Shown: positions 1 to 9,555 of the stretch, one piece after another | Numbering within the stretch: the first letter of the stretch is position 1 | How the letters are laid out: every line of letters starts with the position of its first letter | Source: a candidate division WOR-3 bacterium | GTDB taxonomy: Bacteria; Hydrothermota; Hydrothermia; LBFQ01 | Length of the DNA: 26,504 nt | Direction: 5' to 3' | NCBI GenBank assembly: GCA_027050205.1 | Contig: JALUCS010000121.1 | Span: forward strand, 1 to 26,504 | Made by a program: the position numbers and the translations under genes | Notes under the pieces: generated by a model | The model's input: the letters and a program-made list of their open reading frames with translations, nothing else | The model's database searches: none | Told to the model about the DNA's origin: nothing

Positions 1-1662
1 CTCCTCAAGGACTACCTTAAGAGCGAGACGGTGATGGCCTCCCTCTTCGGCCTGATAGGCCTCGTTATGGTGGCCTTCCAGATAAAGCAGCACTGGTTCT
101 GGAACGACAGGTCCCGCAACTACATACCGGAGGACTTCGCCGCCAACATAGCCAACTCCGCCAAGGCCGAGAAGGGGGTCTTCATGACGAACGGGGACAA
201 CGACACCTTCCCCGTCTGGTTCGTTCAAGAGGTCCTGAAGATAAAGTGGCCCCTCATAAACGCCAACCTCTCCCTCCTCAACACCAACTGGTACATCCGG
301 GAACTCAAGCACTGGGGTGCGCCCATCAGCTTCCCCGACAGCGTCATATACAACCTGCCTCCGATCGTACAGGGGGCGGGGGACAAGGGTTATATGTTCC
401 TCCGGGACATAGCCATAAGGGATATGATAGCCACCTCCGTGGGCTACAAGCCCTCGCCGGAGGACTACGTTGAGATACCCGGAATAAAGGGGATGGTGAA
501 GATACCGAGAATATACCTCGCTCCGAAACAGGTCTTCGCCAAGGAGGTCTTTGAGGGGAAAGAGTTCAAGGTCCCCATCTACTTCTCCATAACGGACGAC
601 CCCGAAGTCTATCGCGGCTGGGAGCCTTACATGGTGCTTGAGGGGATGCTGATGCGACTGACCGGGAAGGTACAGGAAGGCCCGAACATCCTTGGCGTTG
701 TAGACCTCGCCTGGACGGACAGCCTCCTTACGGGCGGGGCAAAGGACCCGGTCAAGTTCGTAAAGGAGTCCTCCTTCAACTACAGGGAGAGGCCAAAGGG
801 GTACGTATGGAGGTACAGGGCGCTCTTTGACGACCGCCAGTACAAGAACCACGACCACCTAAGCCCCTACAGGAACTACGCCACCGTAGCCCTCGCCGTG
901 GCCGCCACCTACTCCGCCAAGGGGAACAACGAGAGGGCGCTCAAGTTCTACGACCTCGCCAAGCTCTTCATAAGCGAGTTCTTGAGGCTTCAGGGTAAGG
1001 ACCCCAACACCGATCCCCAGATGTTTGCTCTGGAGCTTTCCAAGGCGTACGTTTATGTTGAGATGGGTAAGTACGACGAGGCCCTCAAGGTCCTTCGGAA
1101 GTACTCCAACTTCCTGCCCAAGAACGAGAGGGAGTGGAGGGAGGCCCTCATATACTTGTACAAGGGCGACACCATAAAGGCCCAGGAGAAGGCCCTCTCC
1201 CTCCTTGAGGGGATACCCCAGCCCGACCCCGTCTGGGGCCAGCATATAGACGCCGTCTACTCCCTCCTTAGCCCGGAGGACCTGACGGACATAACCCACA
1301 AGCTCTTCCTGAAGCAGCAGTTTGACCTCGCCCTCAAGCTCCTTGACAGGACCTCCATGCCCGACTCCGTCAAGATGTGGGTCTCCGGCCTGATAAGGGC
1401 TGTGCAACTTCAGGACCCGCAGGCCTTCGCCATCCTCGGGGAGCAGGCGCCCTTTGATACGACGGGTGCCGGTGAGTGGAAGGAGGAGCTGAAGCGGCTC
1501 TACGACGTCCTTGAGCAGGTCTATCTGCAACTCGGGGATACGACGATGGCGGAGAAGATGAAGAACTTCAAGCCGAAGGAGGAGGGTAAGAAACTCCCTC
1601 CGAGGGTACCGACGAGACCCCCGGTAGGGGGCGCGGCCCCGGCTTTACCCGGACTTAGATGA
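1..1662 (+). CDS. DUF2723/TMEM260-like membrane glycosyltransferase-family protein, C-terminal part with TPR-like tail (5' truncated by window)
   Basis: Frame 1 is open from base 1. Motifs TNGDNDTFPVWFVQEV and NLSLLNTNWYI are typical of DUF2723 proteins, followed by helical TPR-like repeats. The stop overlaps the next ATG (ATGA 1659-1662). Confidence 0.7.
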   Translation, partial: LLKDYLKSETVMASLFGLIGLVMVAFQIKQHWFWNDRSRNYIPEDFAANIANSAKAEKGVFMTNGDNDTFPVWFVQEVLKIKWPLINANLSLLNTNWYIRELKHWGAPISFPDSVIYNLPPIVQGAGDKGYMFLRDIAIRDMIATSVGYKPSPEDYVEIPGIKGMVKIPRIYLAPKQVFAKEVFEGKEFKVPIYFSITDDPEVYRGWEPYMVLEGMLMRLTGKVQEGPNILGVVDLAWTDSLLTGGAKDPVKFVKESSFNYRERPKGYVWRYRALFDDRQYKNHDHLSPYRNYATVALAVAATYSAKGNNERALKFYDLAKLFISEFLRLQGKDPNTDPQMFALELSKAYVYVEMGKYDEALKVLRKYSNFLPKNEREWREALIYLYKGDTIKAQEKALSLLEGIPQPDPVWGQHIDAVYSLLSPEDLTDITHKLFLKQQFDLALKLLDRTSMPDSVKMWVSGLIRAVQLQDPQAFAILGEQAPFDTTGAGEWKEELKRLYDVLEQVYLQLGDTTMAEKMKNFKPKEEGKKLPPRVPTRPPVGGAAPALPGLR

Positions 1663-3530
1663 TGGAGATACTGGGACTGAAACTGGGTCTGTACGACTTC
1701 GGGGAGGTGGCGCTAAGGGGAAGCCTCCTGGCGTCCCTCCTCGCCTTTCTCCTATCCCTGATGGGGAGAAGGAGGTTGCCAAAGGTACTCCTGGACGTGG
1801 CCGTATTGGGAGTGTTCGTCGCCTCCGGTATCCTCCTCTACGCCCTGATAACCTCCGATATGAGGCTGGTCTACATCCAGAACTACACCTCCAAGGCCCT
1901 CCCCCTCTTCTACAAGATAACGGCCTGGTGGGGTGGGCAGGCCGGCTCTCTACTCTTCTGGACCTTCATCCTCGGAGCCTACGCCCTCCTCTCTCTACGT
2001 AAGGAACCCCACCCCATCCTTACGGCCACGTTCTCCGCCGTAATGCTCTTCTTCCTCATAACCTCCGTATATGCGGCCAACCCCTTTGAGAGGACCCTTG
2101 ACCCCGCCCCCGACGGTAAGGGCCTCAACCCCCTCCTCCAGAACGTATGGATGGCCGTCCATCCGCCTTCCCTCTACCTCGGCTACGTCGGTATGACCGT
2201 CCCCTTCGCCTACGCCCTTCTCGGCATATTCACAGGTTTTACGGACGAGGTCATACGGAAGATAAGGGTATGGCTCCTTGTGGCGTGGTCCCTCCTGACC
2301 TTCGGGATAGTCCTCGGCGGGAGGTGGGCCTACCTTGAGCTGGGTTGGGGAGGGTACTGGGCGTGGGACCCCGTTGAGAACGCCTCCCTCATCCCTTGGC
2401 TCACGGCCACGGCCGCCGTCCATACCTTCCACCTCGTCCGGAGAGGCACCCACAAGCTCTGGTTCTATAACCTCACCTTCGCCTCCTTCCTCCTCTCCAT
2501 CCTCGGCACCTTCCTGACCCGAAGCGGCATCATAGAGTCCGTCCACGCCTTCGCCTTCTCCGACATAGGCAACTACTTCCTGACCTTCATAGGTATCGGG
2601 GTGGTCGTCTGGCTCCTAACCCTCGCATACCTCCTCACCTCCCCCAAACACAGGGGTATGCGGGCCAAGAGGGTGGCCTACCCTCCCTTCAGCCGGGGGT
2701 GGTACATAGACACGGGGAACTACCTCTGGATAGTCCTCACCCTGATAGTCCTCGGCGGGACCTTCTCCCCCATCTTCACGGAGATGATCGTAGGGACGCA
2801 GATAACGACGAAGCCGGACTTCTTCACCTACGCCACCGCCCCCTTCTGGGCCTTGGTGATCCTGGGGGTCGTCTCCTCCATCCTCGCCCCTTGGGACAGG
2901 GGGTACGTACCCCTGAAGGTGGTCCCCCTGGCCCTCTCCGTCCTCATCGCCCTCCTCCCCGTCCTCTTCGGACGGAACCTCTGGGCAGCCTTCGGCCTCC
3001 TCATCACCTCCTACGCCCTCTTCCTCCTCCTGGACAGGCTCCTCACCCTCGGTAGGAGGAGCCTCAAGGACTACGCCCTCCTCGCCCACGTCGGTGTGGC
3101 CATTACGGCCCTCGGAATAGTCCTCTCGTGGAACTACGGCCACCCGAAGGAGATGGCCTTCAAGGGCCAGGAGGAGAGGACCTTCTACGCCTTCAGGCTG
3201 AAACACCTCGGATGGCAGGAGTACAACGGTCCCAACTACGAGGCCGTCTATTCCGTCCTTGACGCCCGGCTCTGGCAGTGGGATTTGGGGGAGCTGCGGA
3301 CGGAGAGGCGGAGGTACTTTGCCAGCGGTGAGGTGACGACGGAGCCGGGCATAAAGCCCCTGATACCCTTCGGCGACCTCTACGTCGTCATGCAGGGGGC
3401 AGAGGACGACGGCACCTTCTACTACGATGTGAGGTTCGTTCCGGGCATCCAACTGGTCTGGTTCGGCCCCCTACTCGTCTTCTTCGCGGCGTTGGCGGTG
3501 GCTGCAGCAGGGGCGTTTAGGAAACGTTGA
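1659..3530 (+). CDS. ccmF: Cytochrome c-type biogenesis heme lyase CcmF/NrfE family
   Basis: Polytopic membrane protein with WGGQAGSLLFW, GLNPLLQN, HPPSLYLGY, WGGYWAWDPVENASL (WWD motif) and TRSGIIESVHAF. Confidence 0.93.
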   Translation: MMEILGLKLGLYDFGEVALRGSLLASLLAFLLSLMGRRRLPKVLLDVAVLGVFVASGILLYALITSDMRLVYIQNYTSKALPLFYKITAWWGGQAGSLLFWTFILGAYALLSLRKEPHPILTATFSAVMLFFLITSVYAANPFERTLDPAPDGKGLNPLLQNVWMAVHPPSLYLGYVGMTVPFAYALLGIFTGFTDEVIRKIRVWLLVAWSLLTFGIVLGGRWAYLELGWGGYWAWDPVENASLIPWLTATAAVHTFHLVRRGTHKLWFYNLTFASFLLSILGTFLTRSGIIESVHAFAFSDIGNYFLTFIGIGVVVWLLTLAYLLTSPKHRGMRAKRVAYPPFSRGWYIDTGNYLWIVLTLIVLGGTFSPIFTEMIVGTQITTKPDFFTYATAPFWALVILGVVSSILAPWDRGYVPLKVVPLALSVLIALLPVLFGRNLWAAFGLLITSYALFLLLDRLLTLGRRSLKDYALLAHVGVAITALGIVLSWNYGHPKEMAFKGQEERTFYAFRLKHLGWQEYNGPNYEAVYSVLDARLWQWDLGELRTERRRYFASGEVTTEPGIKPLIPFGDLYVVMQGAEDDGTFYYDVRFVPGIQLVWFGPLLVFFAALAVAAAGAFRKR

Positions 3531-4375
3531 GAAGGCTGGTCCTGCTCCTAACCCTAACCGGGTGCAGGTGGGGGCCTGGAGTGCGTCCCACCTCGTGGGT
3601 CTACTGGCTTCAAGAGGCAGACCCCGACACCCTCTCCATTATGGGGTTCGACTTAGTCGTGATGGACTACTCCAGAGACGGGACGGAGGCGGGGGAGTAC
3701 AGTAGGGAGGAGATAGAGGGGATAGGCAAACCGGCCCTCGCGTACCTAAGCATCGGGGAGGCGGAGGACTACCGTTTCTACTGGAGGGAGGAGTGGGGGG
3801 AAAGTCCGCCGGGTTGGTTGGGAGAGGAGAACCCGGAGTGGCCGGGAAACTACGTCGTCAGGTACTGGGAGGATGGCTGGCGGAGGATAGTCTTCTCCTA
3901 TCTAAGGCGTATAGTAAGTGAAGGCTTCAGCGGTGTGTATCTTGACAAGATAGACTCCTACGAGTACTGGGCGGACTCCCTTGGGGAGCGGGAGGCGGCC
4001 TTGAGGATGGCGAGGTTAGTATCGGAGATATCGGACTCCTGCAGGGCGTGGAGGGGAGGGGACTGTACGGTCATACCGCAGAACGGCGAGGGGATCCTGG
4101 ATCACGCCCCCTACGTCCTCGGAAAGGTCTCCGGGTGGGCGTTTGAGGACGTCCTCTACGGTGAGGAGGCAGAGGTGAGGCTGGCCCATGTCCGGAGGCT
4201 CGTAGGCCTCGGAAAGGTCGTCCTATCGGTTGAGTACATCTACGACGGGGATAGGGGAAAGGTTGAGGAGTACTACAAGGAGGCGAGGGGGATGGGTATG
4301 GTACCCTACGCCGCCGACACCTCCCGCGAGTTGGACAGGCCCGTAATCGTACCGGGAATTCAACCGCCCCCCTGA
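3527..4375 (+). CDS. TM1410/MJ1477-family putative glycoside hydrolase (endo-alpha-1,4-polygalactosaminidase-like), probable lipoprotein
   Basis: AYLSIGEAEDYRFYW, ENPEWPGNYVVRYW, GFSGVYLDKIDSYEYW and QNG motifs. Lipobox-like LTGC. TTGA overlap with ccmF. Confidence 0.8.
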   Translation: MRRLVLLLTLTGCRWGPGVRPTSWVYWLQEADPDTLSIMGFDLVVMDYSRDGTEAGEYSREEIEGIGKPALAYLSIGEAEDYRFYWREEWGESPPGWLGEENPEWPGNYVVRYWEDGWRRIVFSYLRRIVSEGFSGVYLDKIDSYEYWADSLGEREAALRMARLVSEISDSCRAWRGGDCTVIPQNGEGILDHAPYVLGKVSGWAFEDVLYGEEAEVRLAHVRRLVGLGKVVLSVEYIYDGDRGKVEEYYKEARGMGMVPYAADTSRELDRPVIVPGIQPPP

Positions 4376-4462
4376 CCTCGCCGTTATAATCCCCCTAACT
4401 ATCCAAAAGTTTGCCTAAACCGTCCTACCCCTACTTCCCCCTCGCCTGCGGTGGCCGACCTG

Positions 4463-5068
4463 CTACCCTCCCAACTTCTTCAGCATCTCGTCAATCTCCT
4501 TGATCTCGTCGTAGGCCCCCAACACCTCCAGCATGGTCTTGGCCTTCTTTAAAGCCTTCTTCGCCTCGGCGTATCTCCCCTTATGGCTTAAGGCCAGACC
4601 GAGGTACTTGTACGCGTAGCCGAGGTTGGAGCTTTCGGGGTAGTCCTTTATGAAGGACTGCATCAACTTTATCACGTCGTCCCAACGCTTCTGTTGGAGG
4701 AGGGCAAACCCCATAAAGCGGTAGGCATCCTCGGCCTTTATGGAGCCGGGATAGTGGGCGACGAACTCCCCACAGTACTTCAGGACGCGATCCCAGTCGA
4801 AGGCGGCGAAGGACCAGTTGCAGGCGAAGTACAGCGCCCTCTTTCTCCCCTCCTTACTGACGCTGTCGCTGTGGGTCTTGTAGAAGGCGTAGAGGGAATC
4901 GGTAAGGGCCTTTAGGGCGGCGGTGTCGTTGTTGCTTACGGCCTTGTCAAACATCTCCTGTACCTTGGGGGCGTAATCGTCCCAAGGGTCCTTCTTGGCT
5001 TCCTTCTTCTTACCGCACGAAGCGATAACGAAGGCAACGAGCAAGCTCAATACGGCCAGTTTCCTCAT
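4463..5068 (-). CDS. TPR-containing lipoprotein (BamD/CpoB-like repeats)
   Basis: Signal MRKLAVLSLLVAFVIASC with lipobox. TPR pairs such as FVAHYPGS..AEDAY and FIKDYPESSNLGYAY. ATGA overlap with the upstream gene. Confidence 0.75.
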   Translation of the reverse strand: MRKLAVLSLLVAFVIASCGKKKEAKKDPWDDYAPKVQEMFDKAVSNNDTAALKALTDSLYAFYKTHSDSVSKEGRKRALYFACNWSFAAFDWDRVLKYCGEFVAHYPGSIKAEDAYRFMGFALLQQKRWDDVIKLMQSFIKDYPESSNLGYAYKYLGLALSHKGRYAEAKKALKKAKTMLEVLGAYDEIKEIDEMLKKLGG

Positions 5069-5574
5069 ACTTTCACGTCTATTATCTTAAGTATCGGCCT
5101 CTTCCCTCCCACCTTGACCACACGGCACACCACCGTACCGCGCTTGAGGTCCTTGAGGGGGTACCGCATAGCCTTGCCTATGTACCTCTTGGGAACCACA
5201 CCCTGTACGTTGCCTACCGCCACGATGAGACCACCGCTGGAGGATACCTTCTTCACCTTTCCCTCAACGACGGCCCCGACGGTGAGCTTCCTGTCCCTGC
5301 GAGGGTCGTACAACCTCGTCCGGAAGACCTTCTTGGTGTAGTCGGATATTACGACCATCGCCTCCACCACCTCCCCCACCTCGTGCTTCTTCGGGGACTT
5401 CAGAAGTCCCTTCACCACGTCCTTGTAGAAGACCTCGTATATGTCGTCCCGGACGTGGCGGTTTATGACCACCTTGAGGGGCCTACGGTGGTCCTTCGCC
5501 TCAAAGACCTCCTTCCAAACCTCCGCCCGCCTTATTACCTCCTCTGGCGGTAGGGGCTTCTCGTATATCAGCAC
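5065..5574 (-). CDS. Small S1 (OB-fold) RNA-binding domain protein, about 169 aa
   Basis: C-terminal LTVGAVVEGKVKKVSSSGGLIVAVGNVQGVVP is an S1 signature. Start placed at GTG 5574 (AAGGA upstream, overlapping the upstream gene end); ATG 5595 is an alternative. The longer ORF-track start lies inside the TlpA gene. Confidence 0.65.
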   Translation of the reverse strand: MLIYEKPLPPEEVIRRAEVWKEVFEAKDHRRPLKVVINRHVRDDIYEVFYKDVVKGLLKSPKKHEVGEVVEAMVVISDYTKKVFRTRLYDPRRDRKLTVGAVVEGKVKKVSSSGGLIVAVGNVQGVVPKRYIGKAMRYPLKDLKRGTVVCRVVKVGGKRPILKIIDVKV

Positions 5575-6038
5575 GCTTTTCCTTGGGCCTTGCATCGCTC
5601 CTTTAGGAGGCGTTGTATGGTGCGTTCGTAGAGGACGGCGTGCGATCGGGTAAAGCCAACCCGCCTGACGACGACGTTCCCGTCTGGGTCTATGATCAAG
5701 GTCGTGGGTAGGGAGTACGCGTTGTAGAGGTCGGCCACCATCCCGTCCCTGTCCCACAGGATGATGTACTGGACGCCCATATGTTGCACGTAGCTCTGAA
5801 GGATGTCTTTCCTCCTGTCAAGGCTCACCCCTATGACGACGAGGCCGCTGTCCCTGTACTTCTCGTAGAGGCTCTCAAAGAAGGGTACGGAGGCCCGGCA
5901 GGGCGGACACCATACTGCCCAGAAGTCTAAGAGGACGACCTTACCCTTGAAGTCGGAGAGGGTGTAGGTCTTACCGTCTATCCCCTGAAGGGTGAAGTCA
6001 GGGGCCTTCTCCGCAGCCAACGCAAAGAGCAACAGCAT
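5568..6038 (-). CDS. TlpA/ResA-family thiol:disulfide oxidoreductase
   Basis: APDFTL..GK..TLSDFKGKVVLLDFWAVWCPPC (CxxC) and the LPTTLIID cis-Pro motif. Confidence 0.9.
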   Translation of the reverse strand: MLLLFALAAEKAPDFTLQGIDGKTYTLSDFKGKVVLLDFWAVWCPPCRASVPFFESLYEKYRDSGLVVIGVSLDRRKDILQSYVQHMGVQYIILWDRDGMVADLYNAYSLPTTLIIDPDGNVVVRRVGFTRSHAVLYERTIQRLLKERCKAQGKAC

Positions 6039-6047
6039 AGCGTCGGT

Positions 6048-6053
6048 ATTATA
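6048..6053 (-). promoter_or_regulatory. sigma70-type -10 box (TATAAT) of the TlpA operon, likely leaderless
   Basis: Perfect TATAAT 9 nt upstream of ATG 6038, no Shine-Dalgarno between. Confidence 0.6.
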
Positions 6054-6704
6054 CCGGTGAAAGGCTTACGGGTGCGGAAGTGGATTCCGCCTCTGGATGC
6101 TTGGCACCTTGAAGTTGTATCCGAACCCCATTTTGAGGAGCATGCTGAAGGGAAATTGCCAATAGGGAATTTTTATTAAAATTTGAGGTATTATTAAAAA
6201 ATGTACAGAATTTACCGAAAACAATTAGAAATACTTGAAGTATATAGACGACGATAATCCGAAGAAGTGTTAAACAGCAGAACTTTGAAATTACCCCCGT
6301 TATGGGTAAATTCTTAAGCTCTGGCTCAACGGTTTCCGGATTCTGCGAGAAATCGTCCTCCGTCCTTGGATGGATGAAAATTTACGCAAAACTGGATATG
6401 GTTGGGAACCCGCACCCCCAACAGCAAGCCGTGTTATCCCTTTCCAGGCATTAGATGAACCTTCTCACCGATTTCACAACCAAGTCCGAGGGTGTTTTGT
6501 GCAGCGATAAACCGTATAATATCACCTCTTATGCGAGATAATTTGTCTATGTGGCGACAACAAAATGGCGGGGAACGGGGCGATTTTTCCGAGGAGTATC
6601 TTGAAAAAACGGCGGAAAACTGTCTGAAATTTTCGGATTACACCGGGTATAAATGGTAAAATTTTGAAACTTATGCTCAGATGTTGTCTATAAAAACAAA
6701 TTAC

Positions 6705-6734
6705 TTGCAAAGTTCGGAGGTATCCCTTTAGAAT
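6705..6734 (+). promoter_or_regulatory. sigma70-type promoter of the S8 protease gene
   Basis: TTGCAA (6705-6710), 18 nt, TAGAAT (6729-6734), then SD AGGAGG and ATG 6758. Confidence 0.55.
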
Positions 6735-6757
6735 AGTTGCCTGTACAGGAGGGTAGT

Positions 6758-9529
6758 ATGGTTTCTGTAATAATCGCAAATGCTCTCCTCGGAAACACCC
6801 TGAAGGAGTACCTCCGGAAGGTTTCTCCCGGAGAAAGGATCCCCGTGATAGTCTATCTGAAGCAGCAGCCGGACTACGCCTCCTTCCTCAAGTCCCACCC
6901 CACAAAGGCCGCCCGCAGGAGGGACGTAAGGGGGTTCTTCTCCGAGGTCAAACGCCTCGCCCGTACGACCCAGGCCCCCCTCCTCTCCTACCTCGCGAGC
7001 CTCGGCATAACGGAGTACAGGTCCTTCTGGATAAACAACGCCGTCGCCTTCTCCGCCACGCCGGAGCAGATTGCCAAGGTGGCCGAGCGGGAAGAGGTTC
7101 TGGAGATAACCCTTGACCGCAAGATACCCCTTCCCCCCGTTAGACAACACACCGGGGATGTAAGGCCAGACGCCGTCGCCTCATGGGGCATAAGCAAGAT
7201 AAAGGCCGACTCCGTCTGGATAAACCTCGGCTACACCGGACACGGCGTCCTCGTCGGCTCTATGGACTCCGGGGTTATGGCGGACCACCCCGCCCTCGTG
7301 GGTAAGGTGACCCACTGGTTTGACGCCTACGCCGGCTCCCCAACGCCTACGGACGACGACGCCTGCTACTTCCACGGCACCCACACAACCGGTACGATGG
7401 TCGGAGGGGACGGCCCGGACGCCTTTGATACGGACATCGGCGTGGCACCGGGCGCCAGGGTGGCTGCCGTCAGGATATTCGGACCCGACGCCGGAAGTTG
7501 CGTTACCACCATCTCCGCCCTAACGGACGGTTTCCAGAAGTTCGTTGAGTGGAAGGTGGACAGCGGATACAACATAGTCGCCGTAAACAACTCTTGGGGC
7601 AGCAGCGACACGGCCGAGCTGTGGTTCTGGGATAAGGTGATGGCCTGGAGGAGCGCCGACATAATACCCGTCTTCGCCAACGGCAACGAGGGACCCAGCC
7701 CCCGGACAGCTAACACCCCCGGAAACTACCCGATAGTTATAGGCGTGGGTGCTACGGACAACAGCGATAACGTCGCCGACTTCTCCTCCCGTGGGCCTGC
7801 CCCGGACACCACACCCTGGACGGACACGACCTATTGGCCCCGGAGCGACTGGAACCGCATAAAGCCGAACCTAAGCGCACCGGGAGTCTATATCTTGTCC
7901 TCGGTGGGTAGCGGTGGGTACAGCTCCTACGACGGCACCTCAATGGCCACTCCCCACGTAACGGCCACCATAGCCCTGATGTACGAGAGGAACCCGGACC
8001 TAGACTTCAGCACGGTCTATAACATCCTCCTTGACAGCTCGGACCACTACGGAGACTGCGCCTCCTACCCTAACAACAACTGCGGTTGGGGGAGGCTGAA
8101 CGCCTATCGGGCGGTCCTCGGAACCCCTCCCGCCCCCTATCCCCATGTCGTTAAGGTGCATACTACCGTAGACGACGGCGCCGGCGATGGGGACGGACGC
8201 CCGGACCCCGGAGAGACCTTCAACCTCGCTGTCACCCTTAGAAACGTCGGTGGAGCGGATGCTACCGGCGTCTCGGCGACCCTCGTTTCTTTGTACCCCA
8301 GCGCACATATAGTGGACGGCTCCTCCTCCTTCGGCACCATCGCCCCGATGGACACGGTGAATAACTCCACGGATCCCTTCGTCGTAAGGCTGGACTCCTC
8401 CGCCCTCGTAGGGCAGTACGCTCACCTCCAACTCTACCTTACCTACAACTCCGGGGCCTACAACGACACCTTTGACCTCTACCTCCTCATAGGCAACCCC
8501 ATAGATATGGTCGTCATAGATACGGGTACGGCCACCCTCGGTGTAAGCGCCCTCACGGGGGGGATAGGCTTCCACAACCCCGATACGACCGGCCCCGGCT
8601 TCGTCTTCCCGGAGGGAGGGGACAACCTCCTGACCTACGCCGGCGTGGCCTTCGGGAACTCACCCGACTACCTGGTGGATTCTTGGATAACGAACGACCT
8701 AAGCCACTACTGGGGAGGCGTCCTGTGGGATAATCCCCGCATAGGGGACCAGCACGGCTCCGCCGGTTATACCGACGCTGACCACCCCCTGTCCAAAGGG
8801 ATGAGGTTGGACGTGGACGCCTATGCGTACGACGCCTACAGGCCCAACTGGGTCTTTCTCCGGTACAAACTCATAAACGAGGGTACCTCAACCGTAAGCG
8901 GCCTCTACCTCGGCATATTCGCCGACTTCCAGATGCCGGGATGGAGTGCCTCCGAGGCCGTCGCCGTGGATAGCGCCCTGAACCTCGCGTACGTCTACGA
9001 TGAAGACTCTACGTATCCCTACGCCGCGGGTGTAGCCATAGTGAGCGACGCCCCCATCGCCAACCTCGGCAGCTTCAACCAGACCAACTTCTACGGCCTA
9101 CCCGACGACTCCACCAAGTGGGTCTATCTCAACGGTACGATCAGAGGTGAGAGCTGTCCCGTAGACTGCGGTGTAATAGCCTCAACCGGTCCCTTCACCC
9201 TACCCCCCGGCGATACGGTGAGCGTCACCTTCGCCTTCGTTGGCATAGGCGACATAGCCACGGGGAAGCGGGAACTGGCGAAGGTGGTCCCTCCCAAGGT
9301 CTCCTACAGCGTTGAGGGTAAGGGGATAACCCTGAAGGTCCTGTCGGCCGAAGGCGTCCCCATAACGGCCAAGCTCTACTCCCCCTCCGGTCGCCTCGTC
9401 TCCCTGTTGTACTCTGGCCCCTCCAAGGGGAAGAACGTCTTCAGGCTGAAGTCCCTGCCCATCGGGGTTTATATCCTCTCCGTAGAGGTTCAAGGCCGGA
9501 CCTTCATCCGCAGGCTCGTAGTTAGGTGA
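6758..9529 (+). CDS. Secreted S8 subtilisin-like serine protease (bacillopeptidase F-like) with T9SS-type C-terminal domain
   Basis: Catalytic triad motifs DSG, HGTHTTGT and GTSMATPH, N-terminal propeptide, beta-rich extension and C-terminal LYSPSGRLV..LPIGVYIL..RRLVVR. SD AGGAGG before ATG 6758. Confidence 0.9.
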   Translation: MVSVIIANALLGNTLKEYLRKVSPGERIPVIVYLKQQPDYASFLKSHPTKAARRRDVRGFFSEVKRLARTTQAPLLSYLASLGITEYRSFWINNAVAFSATPEQIAKVAEREEVLEITLDRKIPLPPVRQHTGDVRPDAVASWGISKIKADSVWINLGYTGHGVLVGSMDSGVMADHPALVGKVTHWFDAYAGSPTPTDDDACYFHGTHTTGTMVGGDGPDAFDTDIGVAPGARVAAVRIFGPDAGSCVTTISALTDGFQKFVEWKVDSGYNIVAVNNSWGSSDTAELWFWDKVMAWRSADIIPVFANGNEGPSPRTANTPGNYPIVIGVGATDNSDNVADFSSRGPAPDTTPWTDTTYWPRSDWNRIKPNLSAPGVYILSSVGSGGYSSYDGTSMATPHVTATIALMYERNPDLDFSTVYNILLDSSDHYGDCASYPNNNCGWGRLNAYRAVLGTPPAPYPHVVKVHTTVDDGAGDGDGRPDPGETFNLAVTLRNVGGADATGVSATLVSLYPSAHIVDGSSSFGTIAPMDTVNNSTDPFVVRLDSSALVGQYAHLQLYLTYNSGAYNDTFDLYLLIGNPIDMVVIDTGTATLGVSALTGGIGFHNPDTTGPGFVFPEGGDNLLTYAGVAFGNSPDYLVDSWITNDLSHYWGGVLWDNPRIGDQHGSAGYTDADHPLSKGMRLDVDAYAYDAYRPNWVFLRYKLINEGTSTVSGLYLGIFADFQMPGWSASEAVAVDSALNLAYVYDEDSTYPYAAGVAIVSDAPIANLGSFNQTNFYGLPDDSTKWVYLNGTIRGESCPVDCGVIASTGPFTLPPGDTVSVTFAFVGIGDIATGKRELAKVVPPKVSYSVEGKGITLKVLSAEGVPITAKLYSPSGRLVSLLYSGPSKGKNVFRLKSLPIGVYILSVEVQGRTFIRRLVVR

Positions 9530-9535
9530 AGGGAA

Positions 9536-9555
9536 AGGGGGGCTTCGGCCCCCCT
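9536..9555. terminator. Probable bidirectional terminator hairpin between convergent genes
   Basis: AGGGGGGC-TTCG-GCCCCCCT, an 8-bp stem with a cUUCGg loop between the stops at 9529 and 9555. U-tails are weak. Confidence 0.7.

Noticed and set aside
6039..6757. CRISPR array, oriC or riboswitch in the AT-rich spacers
   Set aside because: No regularly spaced repeats, no TTATCCACA cluster and no riboswitch consensus that I could recognise by eye.
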